Below, in pieces: positions 44,894 to 53,243 of a stretch of DNA of 55,164 bases. Under the pieces are notes generated by a model that worked only from the letters and a program-made list of their open reading frames with translations, searched no databases and had not been told where the DNA came from. The number at the start of each line of letters is the position of its first letter. The stretch's first letter is position 1. The DNA lies in the NCBI GenBank assembly GCA_047639615.1, contig JBLIOL010000001.1:1-55164 (forward strand). Reading direction: 5' to 3'. The position numbers were made by a program, and so were the translations under genes. The stretch is from Planctomycetota bacterium. GTDB lineage: Bacteria > Planctomycetota > UBA1135 > GCA-002686595.

Positions 44894-46846
44894 ATGGCTA
44901 GCGGATCCCAAGCCAGCCCCATGCAGCACCTACTAAGAACCCCCGCGCTCCGCACCGCCGCAGGTATTTTGGTCGCCTTCGTAGCTCCAGGCGCCAGCGC
45001 TCAAGAGCCCGCGGCGCCTCCCACTGAGTCCCACATCGGTACTCACGTAGCAACCCTGCACGGACTCGAGACGCCCATCGCCACGGCCTTTGGCCCAACG
45101 GGCAAGCTGTATGTGCTGGAGGAGGTCGGCGATCGCGTGAGCATCTTCGGCCCGGACCTCGCGCCCCTCGGCACCCTCGGCGAAGGCCAACTACGCTCGC
45201 CCCAGGGCATCGCCGTGCACGCGGACGGCAGCGTCTTCGTCAGCGACGGCGCCCGCAGCCAAGTCCTGCGCTTTCCTGTATCCGGCGGACCGCCCACCGT
45301 GATCGGCGACTTCGGGGCACTGCCCGGCCAAATGAATCAGCCGCGCGGCCTAGCGCTGCACGGCGACTTGCTCGCCGTAGCCGACACGGGTGGCGGTCGG
45401 GTAGCCCTATACGGAGTAGATGGTGAGTCGCGCGGCGTCATCGCCACTCCCGAACTCAATCGGCCGGTGGACGTGGCCTTCGACGAGCAAGGACAACTGG
45501 CCGTGCTCGACGGAGAGCGGGTACTGCTCTTTGACAAGGATGGCACGCACCTTCAGAGCTTCGGTGCCTGGGGCGCGTTTCCAGGATTGCTATCAAGCCC
45601 GCGCGGTCTGGCACGCTTCGGCGAGCGCATCTACGTCTGCGACACCGAGAATCACCGCGTGCAGGTCTTCGACGCGGAGGGCGGAGCGCTCTACAGTTGG
45701 GGCCTGCACGCCATTCGCCCGCGCGAGGGCAAGGGCAAGCTGCACTATCCCTCCCACGTAGCGCTCAATGCAAGCGGCACCCGCGCCGCCCTACCGGAGC
45801 CCTTGGATGGCCGTGTACAGATCTTCGAACGCGCACCCGGTCCCGAGCCCGAGCCGGATCCTCTGCGCAGCCTACGCGGCAAACCCAGCGCGCACCTCGG
45901 CCAGGACTGGCGCGTCAGCGCCAACCTCATGGCGGCCGTGGAGCCTGAATCTAGGCGCGTGCTCGTGTTCGACCTGCGCCTGATCGAAGGCAAGGACAAC
46001 CCCGTGCAGATCACCACCATCGGTGGCTACGGCCAGGGCCTCGGCTTCTTCGAACGGCCTACTGGCCTTTGGCTCGATGGCCCAGGACGACAACTCTGGA
46101 TCTGCGATGCAGCCCAAGCCAGCCTGACCGAGGTGCACCTGGACCTAGCACCGGATGCCGCACTCGCCGTCAACCCGCTCATGCCCCAGGTCATCCGCAG
46201 CATCGACCTCGCGCGACTGAGCGGCGGTCCACTGCCACGTCCCTTCCCCATCACGCCGCGCGCCGTCGAGAAGCACCCCGATGGGCGTCTCTTCGTGCTC
46301 TGCGAACGCAACCGCGAGGTGCTCGTGCTCAGCCCCAGCTTCGAACCACTGACAGCCTTCGGTGCCGGTGGCGAGGAGCCCCTCATGCGCCCGGTTCAGC
46401 TCGCCTTGTCCCCCGATGGCGAGCAACTCTGGATCGTGGATGAGCTCGCCGGCAAGGTGCGCGCCTTCTCTACGCAGCCGGACAGCATCGGCGTCGAGGC
46501 TGCGAATTTTGACGCAGAAGACGCCCTCGTGCGCCCCTTCGGCATCGCCTTCGGCCCCGCTAACGAGCTGCTCGTCAGCGATCGTGCCAGCAGCCGCATC
46601 CACATCCACGCCGCGGACGGCAGCCATCGCAGCCTCGGCGCACCCGGCATCCGCCACGACGAATTCCTGGCCCCGCGCGCCCTAGGTTTCGATGCATCGG
46701 GCAAGCTCTACGTACTCGACCACGGAAACCACCGCGGCATGGTGCTCGACCCGGCGGGCGCCTTCCACTACGCCTTCGGTCCGCGGCTGTACACGAAACC
46801 CGCGCGCCTGCCCCACACCTACAAGCCAGAGGACTACGCGGAATGA
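44894..46846 (+). CDS. Secreted NHL-repeat beta-propeller protein
   Basis: Repeated 'P.GIA....G.+.V.D..N.R+..F' units (PQGIAVHADGSVFVSDGARSQVLRF, PRGLARFGERIYVCDTENHRVQVFD, PRALGFDASGKLYVLDHGNHRGMVLD). Confidence 0.85.
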   Translation: MASGSQASPMQHLLRTPALRTAAGILVAFVAPGASAQEPAAPPTESHIGTHVATLHGLETPIATAFGPTGKLYVLEEVGDRVSIFGPDLAPLGTLGEGQLRSPQGIAVHADGSVFVSDGARSQVLRFPVSGGPPTVIGDFGALPGQMNQPRGLALHGDLLAVADTGGGRVALYGVDGESRGVIATPELNRPVDVAFDEQGQLAVLDGERVLLFDKDGTHLQSFGAWGAFPGLLSSPRGLARFGERIYVCDTENHRVQVFDAEGGALYSWGLHAIRPREGKGKLHYPSHVALNASGTRAALPEPLDGRVQIFERAPGPEPEPDPLRSLRGKPSAHLGQDWRVSANLMAAVEPESRRVLVFDLRLIEGKDNPVQITTIGGYGQGLGFFERPTGLWLDGPGRQLWICDAAQASLTEVHLDLAPDAALAVNPLMPQVIRSIDLARLSGGPLPRPFPITPRAVEKHPDGRLFVLCERNREVLVLSPSFEPLTAFGAGGEEPLMRPVQLALSPDGEQLWIVDELAGKVRAFSTQPDSIGVEAANFDAEDALVRPFGIAFGPANELLVSDRASSRIHIHAADGSHRSLGAPGIRHDEFLAPRALGFDASGKLYVLDHGNHRGMVLDPAGAFHYAFGPRLYTKPARLPHTYKPEDYAE

Positions 46847-47274
46847 GAGCCCTAGTCCACCTGAGCATTCTCGCGCTGCTGGCCGGCTGCGGTGCGGACG
46901 CCTCGGCTCCCGCACCGAACACGACGCAAGGCACCCTCACGAGCCAGACCGACTCCAACGCCGGAAGCTTCCAACTGCATTGGGACCCAGCCGCCCAGGC
47001 TCCGCCCCTCAACGAGGAGTACGACCTACTCTTTGCCCTGCGCAACACGGACGGAACGCCCTTGGACATCCCGGTGCGCGACCTGAACTTGGATGCGCGC
47101 ATGCCACACCACGGGCACGGCATGAATCAGGATCCGCTGATCGAACGCACGGGCGCTGGTGTCTACACCGCCCGTGGCCTGCGCCTGCATATGACCGGCC
47201 ACTGGGAGGTCTACCTGGACGTGCGCCAGGGCGCCCTCACCGAGCGCGCCGAGTTCACCCTGGAGCTGCAGTAG
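46843..47274 (+). CDS. Small lipoprotein with His/Met-rich motif (YtkA/FixH-like fold suspected)
   Basis: ATGA overlap with the NHL gene. Lipobox LLAGC. 'LDARMPHHGHGMNQDP...GVYTARGLRLHMTGHWEVYLDV'. Confidence 0.7.
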   Translation: MRALVHLSILALLAGCGADASAPAPNTTQGTLTSQTDSNAGSFQLHWDPAAQAPPLNEEYDLLFALRNTDGTPLDIPVRDLNLDARMPHHGHGMNQDPLIERTGAGVYTARGLRLHMTGHWEVYLDVRQGALTERAEFTLELQ

Positions 47275-48542
47275 TGCACGTCCGCAGCCACGCCGCATGG
47301 GTCGCCGCGTGGCTGACCCTGGCCGCCTGCGGCACCCAAGCAACGCCACCCGAGAGCCACGCCCTCGACCCGGCACCGGACACATCCCTCAGCGCGCACG
47401 GCGTGAGCTTCAACGCCAATCAACTGCGCGCCCTCGCGCGACTTACGCCCCTGGGCCCGCCTCCCGCGGACCCCACCAACCGCTGGGCGGACGACCCTGC
47501 CGCTGCCCAATTCGGCCAGTTCCTATTCTTCGAGCCAGGCCTCTCCGCAAACGGCAAAGTCTCCTGCGCTAGCTGCCACCCACCCGAACACGGCTTCTCC
47601 GGCGAGGTCGCACTGGCTGAAGGCCTCGAGCTGGGCACGCGCCACGCGCCCAGCATTCTCGGCGCAGGCCATCAGCGCTGGCTCGGCTGGGGTGGGCGCT
47701 GGGACAGCCTCTGGTTCCAAGCCCTCGGCCCCCTGGAGAACCCCGCCGAAATGGGCACTACCCGCGGCCAGGTGATCGAATTCCTGCGCGCGGACGAACG
47801 CCTAAGCGCTGCCTTCTCGCAGCTTTTCGGCCCGCTTCCGGAGCTCTCGGATGAGCCAGGCGTGGAGCGCGCCTTCGCCCAAGTGGGCAAGGCCATCGCC
47901 GCCTACGAGCGCCGCTTGAACCGCGCCGATGCGCCCTTCGATCGCTTCGCCGCCGCCCTCTTACAGCGCGCCGGTAGCGACCCCGCCGACCTGCAATTGC
48001 TCAGCGCCGAGGCCACCCGCGGCCTCTCTATATTCCTGGGGCGCGGTCGCTGCGTGCTGTGTCACGCGGGGCCGAACTTCTCGGACGGCGAGTTTCACAA
48101 CACAGGCGTACCCCCCGGTCCCGCCGGCAGCTTGGACGACCCCGGCCGGCACCAAGGCGCACCTCTCGTGCGCGACTCCATCTTCAATGCGGCCGGTGCA
48201 CACAGCGATGAGCGCGAAGGCACCGCCGCCTTGCGCGTGCGCGGGCTACGCACCGGGTCGGAAACCTGGGGCGAATTCCGTACGCCCAGTCTGCGCAACC
48301 TCGCCGCGCGTGGACCTTTCATGCACCAGGGGCAACTGACTACCCTGGCCGACGTGGTGCTCTTCTACGACACCCTCGAGGGCTCCGTCGGACGCAGCCA
48401 CCACCAGGAACTGATCCTGGTTCCGCTCGAATTGGGAGCACAAGGCCGGGCCGACCTGTTGGCCTTCCTGCAGAGCCTCGAGGGCTTGCCCCTGGATCCC
48501 GCGTTGATACAGGCACCCGCGGATCCGCTGCTGGCACGTTAG
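47274..48542 (+). CDS. Di-haem cytochrome c peroxidase / MauG-family lipoprotein
   Basis: GTG start overlapping the previous TAG (TAGTG), giving WVAAWLTLAACG (lipobox). Two CxxCH motifs (CASCH, CVLCH). 'FHNTG', 'FRTPSLRN' and 'PFMHQG' are typical of the family. Confidence 0.85.
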   Translation: MHVRSHAAWVAAWLTLAACGTQATPPESHALDPAPDTSLSAHGVSFNANQLRALARLTPLGPPPADPTNRWADDPAAAQFGQFLFFEPGLSANGKVSCASCHPPEHGFSGEVALAEGLELGTRHAPSILGAGHQRWLGWGGRWDSLWFQALGPLENPAEMGTTRGQVIEFLRADERLSAAFSQLFGPLPELSDEPGVERAFAQVGKAIAAYERRLNRADAPFDRFAAALLQRAGSDPADLQLLSAEATRGLSIFLGRGRCVLCHAGPNFSDGEFHNTGVPPGPAGSLDDPGRHQGAPLVRDSIFNAAGAHSDEREGTAALRVRGLRTGSETWGEFRTPSLRNLAARGPFMHQGQLTTLADVVLFYDTLEGSVGRSHHQELILVPLELGAQGRADLLAFLQSLEGLPLDPALIQAPADPLLAR

Positions 48543-48765
48543 CTGGAACAATCCGCCCGCGGGTCGCGTCCTATCCTGGCTGGAGGCTGCCCCCCCCTCC
48601 GATGCGGCATCCGCCGGTTCCTAGCATCCCTGCCTGAAGCTCCAAGACGAGCCTCAGCCTGCTCTGCAACCGCCCCCGGCCCACTTCAGGGGGGTACTAT
48701 TCCATACAGAATACGGCCTCAGGTGCTCCCCAGAGCCTGCCAGGATCCCTTCCCAACCATCACTC

Positions 48766-51324
48766 ATGTCGATTATCTCTCTTCCGGCTAATGGCTGGCG
48801 CACGTTGGCACTCTGCCTGCTTGCCAGCCCCCTCCTTGCTGCGGCCCACGACGACGATCCGAAGATCCTCGATCGCGAGCGCGCCAACGCCGGTCCCGGC
48901 TTCCGCACCTCACTGAGCAGCGGCATGGCGCCCGTGCCCGTGGGCCAGTTCAGCTCCAACGCTGGCTTCCCAGCCAGCGGCGTGTCGCTCCTATCCTGGA
49001 TTCCCCTGGGCCAAATCGACGGCGCGGCCAGCGGCAACGACTGCTGGGGCTACACCTCCCCCTCCGGCAATGAGTACGCCATCATCGGAACGAGCGACGG
49101 CACGGCCTTCTTCGACATCTCGAACCCGGGCAACCCGAACCAGGTGGGCTACATCAGCGGCCCGAACAGCCTCTGGCGCGACATCAAGACCTACGGCACC
49201 CACGCCTACATCGTCAGCGAAGGCGGCGGCGGCATTCAGGTCGTCAACCTAGGCAACATCGACGCGGGCCAGGTCACCTCAGCCGGCACGGTCAGCACAG
49301 GTGGTTCCACCTCGAGCCACAACGTGGCGATCAACACCGACTCCGGTTTCCTCTACCGCCTGGGCGGTGGCAACAACACCGGCCTACGCATCTACGACCT
49401 GAACGTAAGCCCCACCAACCCGCCCTTCGTGGGCGACTGGCTCGATCGCTACGTGCACGACGCACAGATCGTCAGCTACACCAGCGGTCCCTTCGCTGGC
49501 AAAGAGGTCGCCTTCTGCTGCTCGGGCTTCGGTAACGGAAGCACCAGCACCGGCCTGACCATCGTCGACGTCACCAACAAGAACAACCCGGTCGTGCTCG
49601 ACCAGGTCTTCTACCCGAACCCGGCCTACTCCCACCAAGGTTGGCTCTCCGGCGACCGCCAGCGCTTCTACCTGGGTGACGAGCTCGACGAAGACGGCAG
49701 CCTGCCCACCACCACCTGGGTCATCAACGTCGCCGACATCAACAACGCCTTCGTGGAGACCTCCTTCACCAACGGCAACAACTCGATCGGCCACAACATG
49801 TACGAGAAGAATGGTCTTCTCTACCAAGCCAACTACACCAGTGGCCTGCGCATCTTCGACATCGCAGCCAACCCGACCAACCCGCCCGAGGTGGCCTTCT
49901 TCGACACTCGCCCGAGCGATGACAACGACAGCTTCAACGGACTCTGGAGCTGCTACCCCTACTTCGATAGCGGCGTAGTCATCGGTAGCGACCTCGAGAG
50001 CGGGCTCTTCATCTGGTACGCAGGCGATCCTCAGCTGGACGTGCAAATCGTCGGCGGCGCTCCGGACCTACTCGACCCCAATGGCGCGGTGCTAGATATC
50101 ACCATCACCCCGGCAGGCACTGCCAGTGTTGTCCCCGGCAGCGAGACCCTTTGGTACGACATGGGCGCCGGCTTCGTCTCCACGCCCTTGGTGAGCAACG
50201 GTGGCGCGAGCTACGACGGCATCTTCCCGGCCATCATGTGCTCCACCTCCGTCAGCTGGTACATCTCCGCCGAGTCCAACAGTGGCCTCGTCTGGACGGC
50301 TCCGGGCGGTGCTCCCGCCGCGGTCTTCACCTCCGTCACGGCCAGCAGCCTCGACGTGCTTGTGACCTACGACATGCAAGCTGCTGATGGCTGGGTAGGC
50401 GGCGCCGCAGGCGACAACGCCAGCACCGGCATCTGGGAACGCGGCAACCCCAACGGTACCGCAGCCCAGCCGGAAGACGACCACAGCCCCATTGGCCTTC
50501 GCTGCTGGTTCACCGGCCAAGCCAACCCGGGCGATAGCGTGGGCACCAACGATGTGGACGGTGGCACGACCACCCTCCTCAGCCCGGTCATCGACCTGAG
50601 CAGCCTGACCGATCCCCTGATCACCTACTGGCGTTGGTACTCCAACACAGCTGGCGGTGCACCCAACGCGGACATCTTCCAGATCGACATCAGCGACAAC
50701 GGTGGTAGCACCTGGAGCAGCGTCGAAGTGGTCGGACCCTCCGGCCCCGGCACCTCCGGTGGTTGGATCGAGCACTCCTTCAACGTGGCCGACTTCGTCA
50801 GCGCCACCGGCACGGTGCAAATGCGCTTCCGCGCATCGGACCTGGGTACGGGCTCTATCGTGGAAGCCGCCATCGACGACCTGCGCGTCGCTGGCGTGAA
50901 CTGCGGCCCGCCGCTCTTCACTCGCTACTGCGACCCGGCCGTTACCAACTCCGGCTTGATCCCCGGCATGATGGATGCCACCGGCAGTGCTGTCGTAGCC
51001 AACAACAACCTGACCGTGCGGGCCTACCAGCTGCCGGTCAATCAGTTCGGCATCTTCATCACCTCCATGACCCAGGCCAACATCCCCATGGCCGGCGGTA
51101 GCATCGGAACCCTGTGCGTGGGTGGCAACATCGGTCGCTTCGGCGCCCAGCAAATCACCTCCCCCGGTGAGATGAGCCTGACCCTGAATCTGGGCAACTT
51201 GCCCCTGAACCCGAACCAAGCCGCCATGCCGGGCGACACGTTCCACTTCCAGGCCTGGTACCGCGACCTCAACCCCACCGCGGGGTCGAACTTCACGGAC
51301 GGCATCTCGATCCTATTCCAGTAA
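48766..51324 (+). CDS. Secreted choice-of-anchor-B / LVIVD-type beta-propeller protein with MAM/jelly-roll-like domain and shared FQAWYRD C-terminal module
   Basis: Signal peptide LALCLLASPLLAAA. 'NDCWGYTSPSGNEYAIIGTSDGTAFFDISNP...WRDIKTY..YAYIVSE'. Later 'DVDGGTTTLLSPVIDLS...IVEAAIDDLRV'. C-terminal 'YCDPAVTNSG...FHFQAWYRD...NFTDGISILFQ'. Confidence 0.85.
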   Translation: MSIISLPANGWRTLALCLLASPLLAAAHDDDPKILDRERANAGPGFRTSLSSGMAPVPVGQFSSNAGFPASGVSLLSWIPLGQIDGAASGNDCWGYTSPSGNEYAIIGTSDGTAFFDISNPGNPNQVGYISGPNSLWRDIKTYGTHAYIVSEGGGGIQVVNLGNIDAGQVTSAGTVSTGGSTSSHNVAINTDSGFLYRLGGGNNTGLRIYDLNVSPTNPPFVGDWLDRYVHDAQIVSYTSGPFAGKEVAFCCSGFGNGSTSTGLTIVDVTNKNNPVVLDQVFYPNPAYSHQGWLSGDRQRFYLGDELDEDGSLPTTTWVINVADINNAFVETSFTNGNNSIGHNMYEKNGLLYQANYTSGLRIFDIAANPTNPPEVAFFDTRPSDDNDSFNGLWSCYPYFDSGVVIGSDLESGLFIWYAGDPQLDVQIVGGAPDLLDPNGAVLDITITPAGTASVVPGSETLWYDMGAGFVSTPLVSNGGASYDGIFPAIMCSTSVSWYISAESNSGLVWTAPGGAPAAVFTSVTASSLDVLVTYDMQAADGWVGGAAGDNASTGIWERGNPNGTAAQPEDDHSPIGLRCWFTGQANPGDSVGTNDVDGGTTTLLSPVIDLSSLTDPLITYWRWYSNTAGGAPNADIFQIDISDNGGSTWSSVEVVGPSGPGTSGGWIEHSFNVADFVSATGTVQMRFRASDLGTGSIVEAAIDDLRVAGVNCGPPLFTRYCDPAVTNSGLIPGMMDATGSAVVANNNLTVRAYQLPVNQFGIFITSMTQANIPMAGGSIGTLCVGGNIGRFGAQQITSPGEMSLTLNLGNLPLNPNQAAMPGDTFHFQAWYRDLNPTAGSNFTDGISILFQ

Positions 51325-51348
51325 GAATCGGAACTCGACCTAAGCACC

Positions 51349-51380
51349 GGGTGCTCTTCCCTTCGCGGGGGAGAGCACCC
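51349..51380. terminator. Hairpin between convergent genes (possible bidirectional terminator)
   Basis: GGGTGCTCT...AGAGCACCC, a 9-bp stem with extra inner C/G pairs, between the stops at 51324 and 51395. No U-tract. Confidence 0.4.
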
Positions 51381-51394
51381 GTCTCGCTAGCTAG

Positions 51395-53209
51395 TCAGTC
51401 CCGCGCTAGGCGCAACTCAAGCGAGGCAAGCGCCGTCGCCGCAGCCTCGCACACAAGCGGTGATTGATCCTGGTCGACAGCCCGCGCGAGCGCCTTGCGG
51501 ACCGGGTCGGTACCTTCCCAGGCCACCTCTCCCCGCTCGCTGCTGACGCTACCCAGGCTCCCGAGTACCCGCGCAGCCTCCGCTCGTACGCGGAAGTTGG
51601 CCGAGCTATCGCGCGTAGTCCAAGCCAAGGACTCGATCGCGCGCAACTCGCGCACGCCCTCGAAGAGTTTCCACAGACGCGCCCGGTCCGCCACCATGGG
51701 CAATCGCGCGGTGCCTTCCACGAGGGCGCTCCAACTTCCAAGGGCGCGCACGGCGCCAGCTATTTGCGCTGCCGCTCCCAGGTCCCCCTCGATCCCGAGA
51801 GCCTTCACCAAAGCGGCGCCACCCTCCTCCAAGCCACGCATGGCGATAGCCCTAGCTGCCGATTGGCGCACGCCCGGGTGCGAGTCCTCCATCAGGAGCA
51901 GCAACTGATCCGGGTCATCCAATTCGCCTGGCCAAGTGCTGAGCGAATCCAAGGCGGCTACACGCATACTCGGATCCACGCTCGCCGCAGCGAGCTCGAG
52001 CAACAGGCGCGCGCGCACAACCAGCCGCTGATCCGACGATGCACGCCAAGCGTCCAGAGCCCAAACCACATGCAGCCGGCCGAGATCCGTGCCTAGGGAA
52101 CCCATCCAAGGCCGAAAGTTCATGCCCGGTGCTTCGGAGAAGCGCAACTGCGCGGTCGCGATCGCCGGCCGCAGAGCATCCAAACGTTCAACGCCTGCGC
52201 TGGTATCCGCGAACCAAGCCTGCGCGGCCCGCCGCCGGCCCATACTGGCCGAGTCCAAGTCCGCCACGCCAAGGGCATCAGCCGCCTCCTGCGCAGGCGC
52301 CGGATCCGGTGCAGATCGGTTCCACTCAGCGCGCCCTGCCTGCAGCAGGAACAACGCCGCCCTGTCCTCAGCCAGGCCCACGGTATCGGGCCAGATCGAT
52401 CCATCCTCCAACTTCAACCATGCGGAGTCATCCAAGGTCACCGCCTTAGTTCCCCGTTGAATGACCTCGTAGCTGCGCAACTCCGCCTCGCCCGGCTGCA
52501 GCCAAATTTGCCGCCCGCGAGAGCGCTCGGGCCAAGCCGCATCCAAGAGTTGCAGCCCTTGCGCCCAAGTCGGCAGCGCCTGGTAGGAGGGCCTGGGAAA
52601 CAACTCGACACCCGGCAGGATCTGCACAGGCCCGTTCTGTGTGAGCAGAAAGAGGCCCCCACGCTCCGACTCCAGCACTGCGCTGATGCCGGTGTACTCC
52701 GCGCCCAGGTCGCTCCAAGCCTCGCTGCCACCGCGCCAGGCGTGGAGGCCCTGCTCGCCAAGTAACAGCCAATCGCCTAGACCCCGCGCGCCTGTATGCG
52801 AGTGACTCAGGTCCAGATGCACACCGACCGGCAAGCCGACCACTCGCGAGGCATGCGCGCCCGCGCCCGCAGCGCGGGGCAGACTCCAAAGCGCAGACTC
52901 ACCGAGCAGCATGACCACGCCCGGTCCAAGCGCCAGGTCCGTGCAGATCTCCGGCAAGCTCCAGCGCAACAGCTCCTGAACCTCGCCCCTCGTCGCCTGC
53001 CAACGCACCAATTCCGGGGGCTGCTCCGCATCCGCCTGCACCAGGCACCATCCGGCATCAGCCGACTGCGCCTCGAAGCCGGTAACCGGGCCCCATGCCG
53101 CGGGCACCGTCAGCAGATCCACCTTCACACGCGGGCTCTGCACAATCGTCTCAACGTCCTGCACCGGGAACAGGGCCAGGGCCCCCATCATCAAGCTGAT
53201 TCGCATCAC
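51395..53209 (-). CDS. Secreted protein with C-terminal HEAT (PBS-lyase-type) repeats
   Basis: Signal-like MMRISLMMGALALFPV. C-terminal repeats such as 'DSHPGVRQSAARAIAMRG', 'ANFRVRAEAARVLGSLG', 'SPLVCEAAATALASL'. Confidence 0.7.
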   Translation of the reverse strand: MMRISLMMGALALFPVQDVETIVQSPRVKVDLLTVPAAWGPVTGFEAQSADAGWCLVQADAEQPPELVRWQATRGEVQELLRWSLPEICTDLALGPGVVMLLGESALWSLPRAAGAGAHASRVVGLPVGVHLDLSHSHTGARGLGDWLLLGEQGLHAWRGGSEAWSDLGAEYTGISAVLESERGGLFLLTQNGPVQILPGVELFPRPSYQALPTWAQGLQLLDAAWPERSRGRQIWLQPGEAELRSYEVIQRGTKAVTLDDSAWLKLEDGSIWPDTVGLAEDRAALFLLQAGRAEWNRSAPDPAPAQEAADALGVADLDSASMGRRRAAQAWFADTSAGVERLDALRPAIATAQLRFSEAPGMNFRPWMGSLGTDLGRLHVVWALDAWRASSDQRLVVRARLLLELAAASVDPSMRVAALDSLSTWPGELDDPDQLLLLMEDSHPGVRQSAARAIAMRGLEEGGAALVKALGIEGDLGAAAQIAGAVRALGSWSALVEGTARLPMVADRARLWKLFEGVRELRAIESLAWTTRDSSANFRVRAEAARVLGSLGSVSSERGEVAWEGTDPVRKALARAVDQDQSPLVCEAAATALASLELRLARD

Positions 53210-53243
53210 CCCACGATAGCGTCCCCAGCCCCACCCGGGCAGC

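Noticed and set aside
46692-47273. N-terminal 194-aa extension of the cytochrome c peroxidase ORF
   Set aside because: The extension overlaps the NHL gene end and the whole lipoprotein gene in another frame, and it is Arg/Pro/His-rich. A GTG at 47274 gives a proper lipoprotein signal and overlaps the upstream stop.
49384-51246. Minus-strand ORFs (220 and 384 aa) antisense to the choice-of-anchor-B gene
   Set aside because: They have Gly/Val/Asp/His-rich shadow-frame composition, and the plus-strand 852-aa ORF has a signal peptide and recognisable domains.
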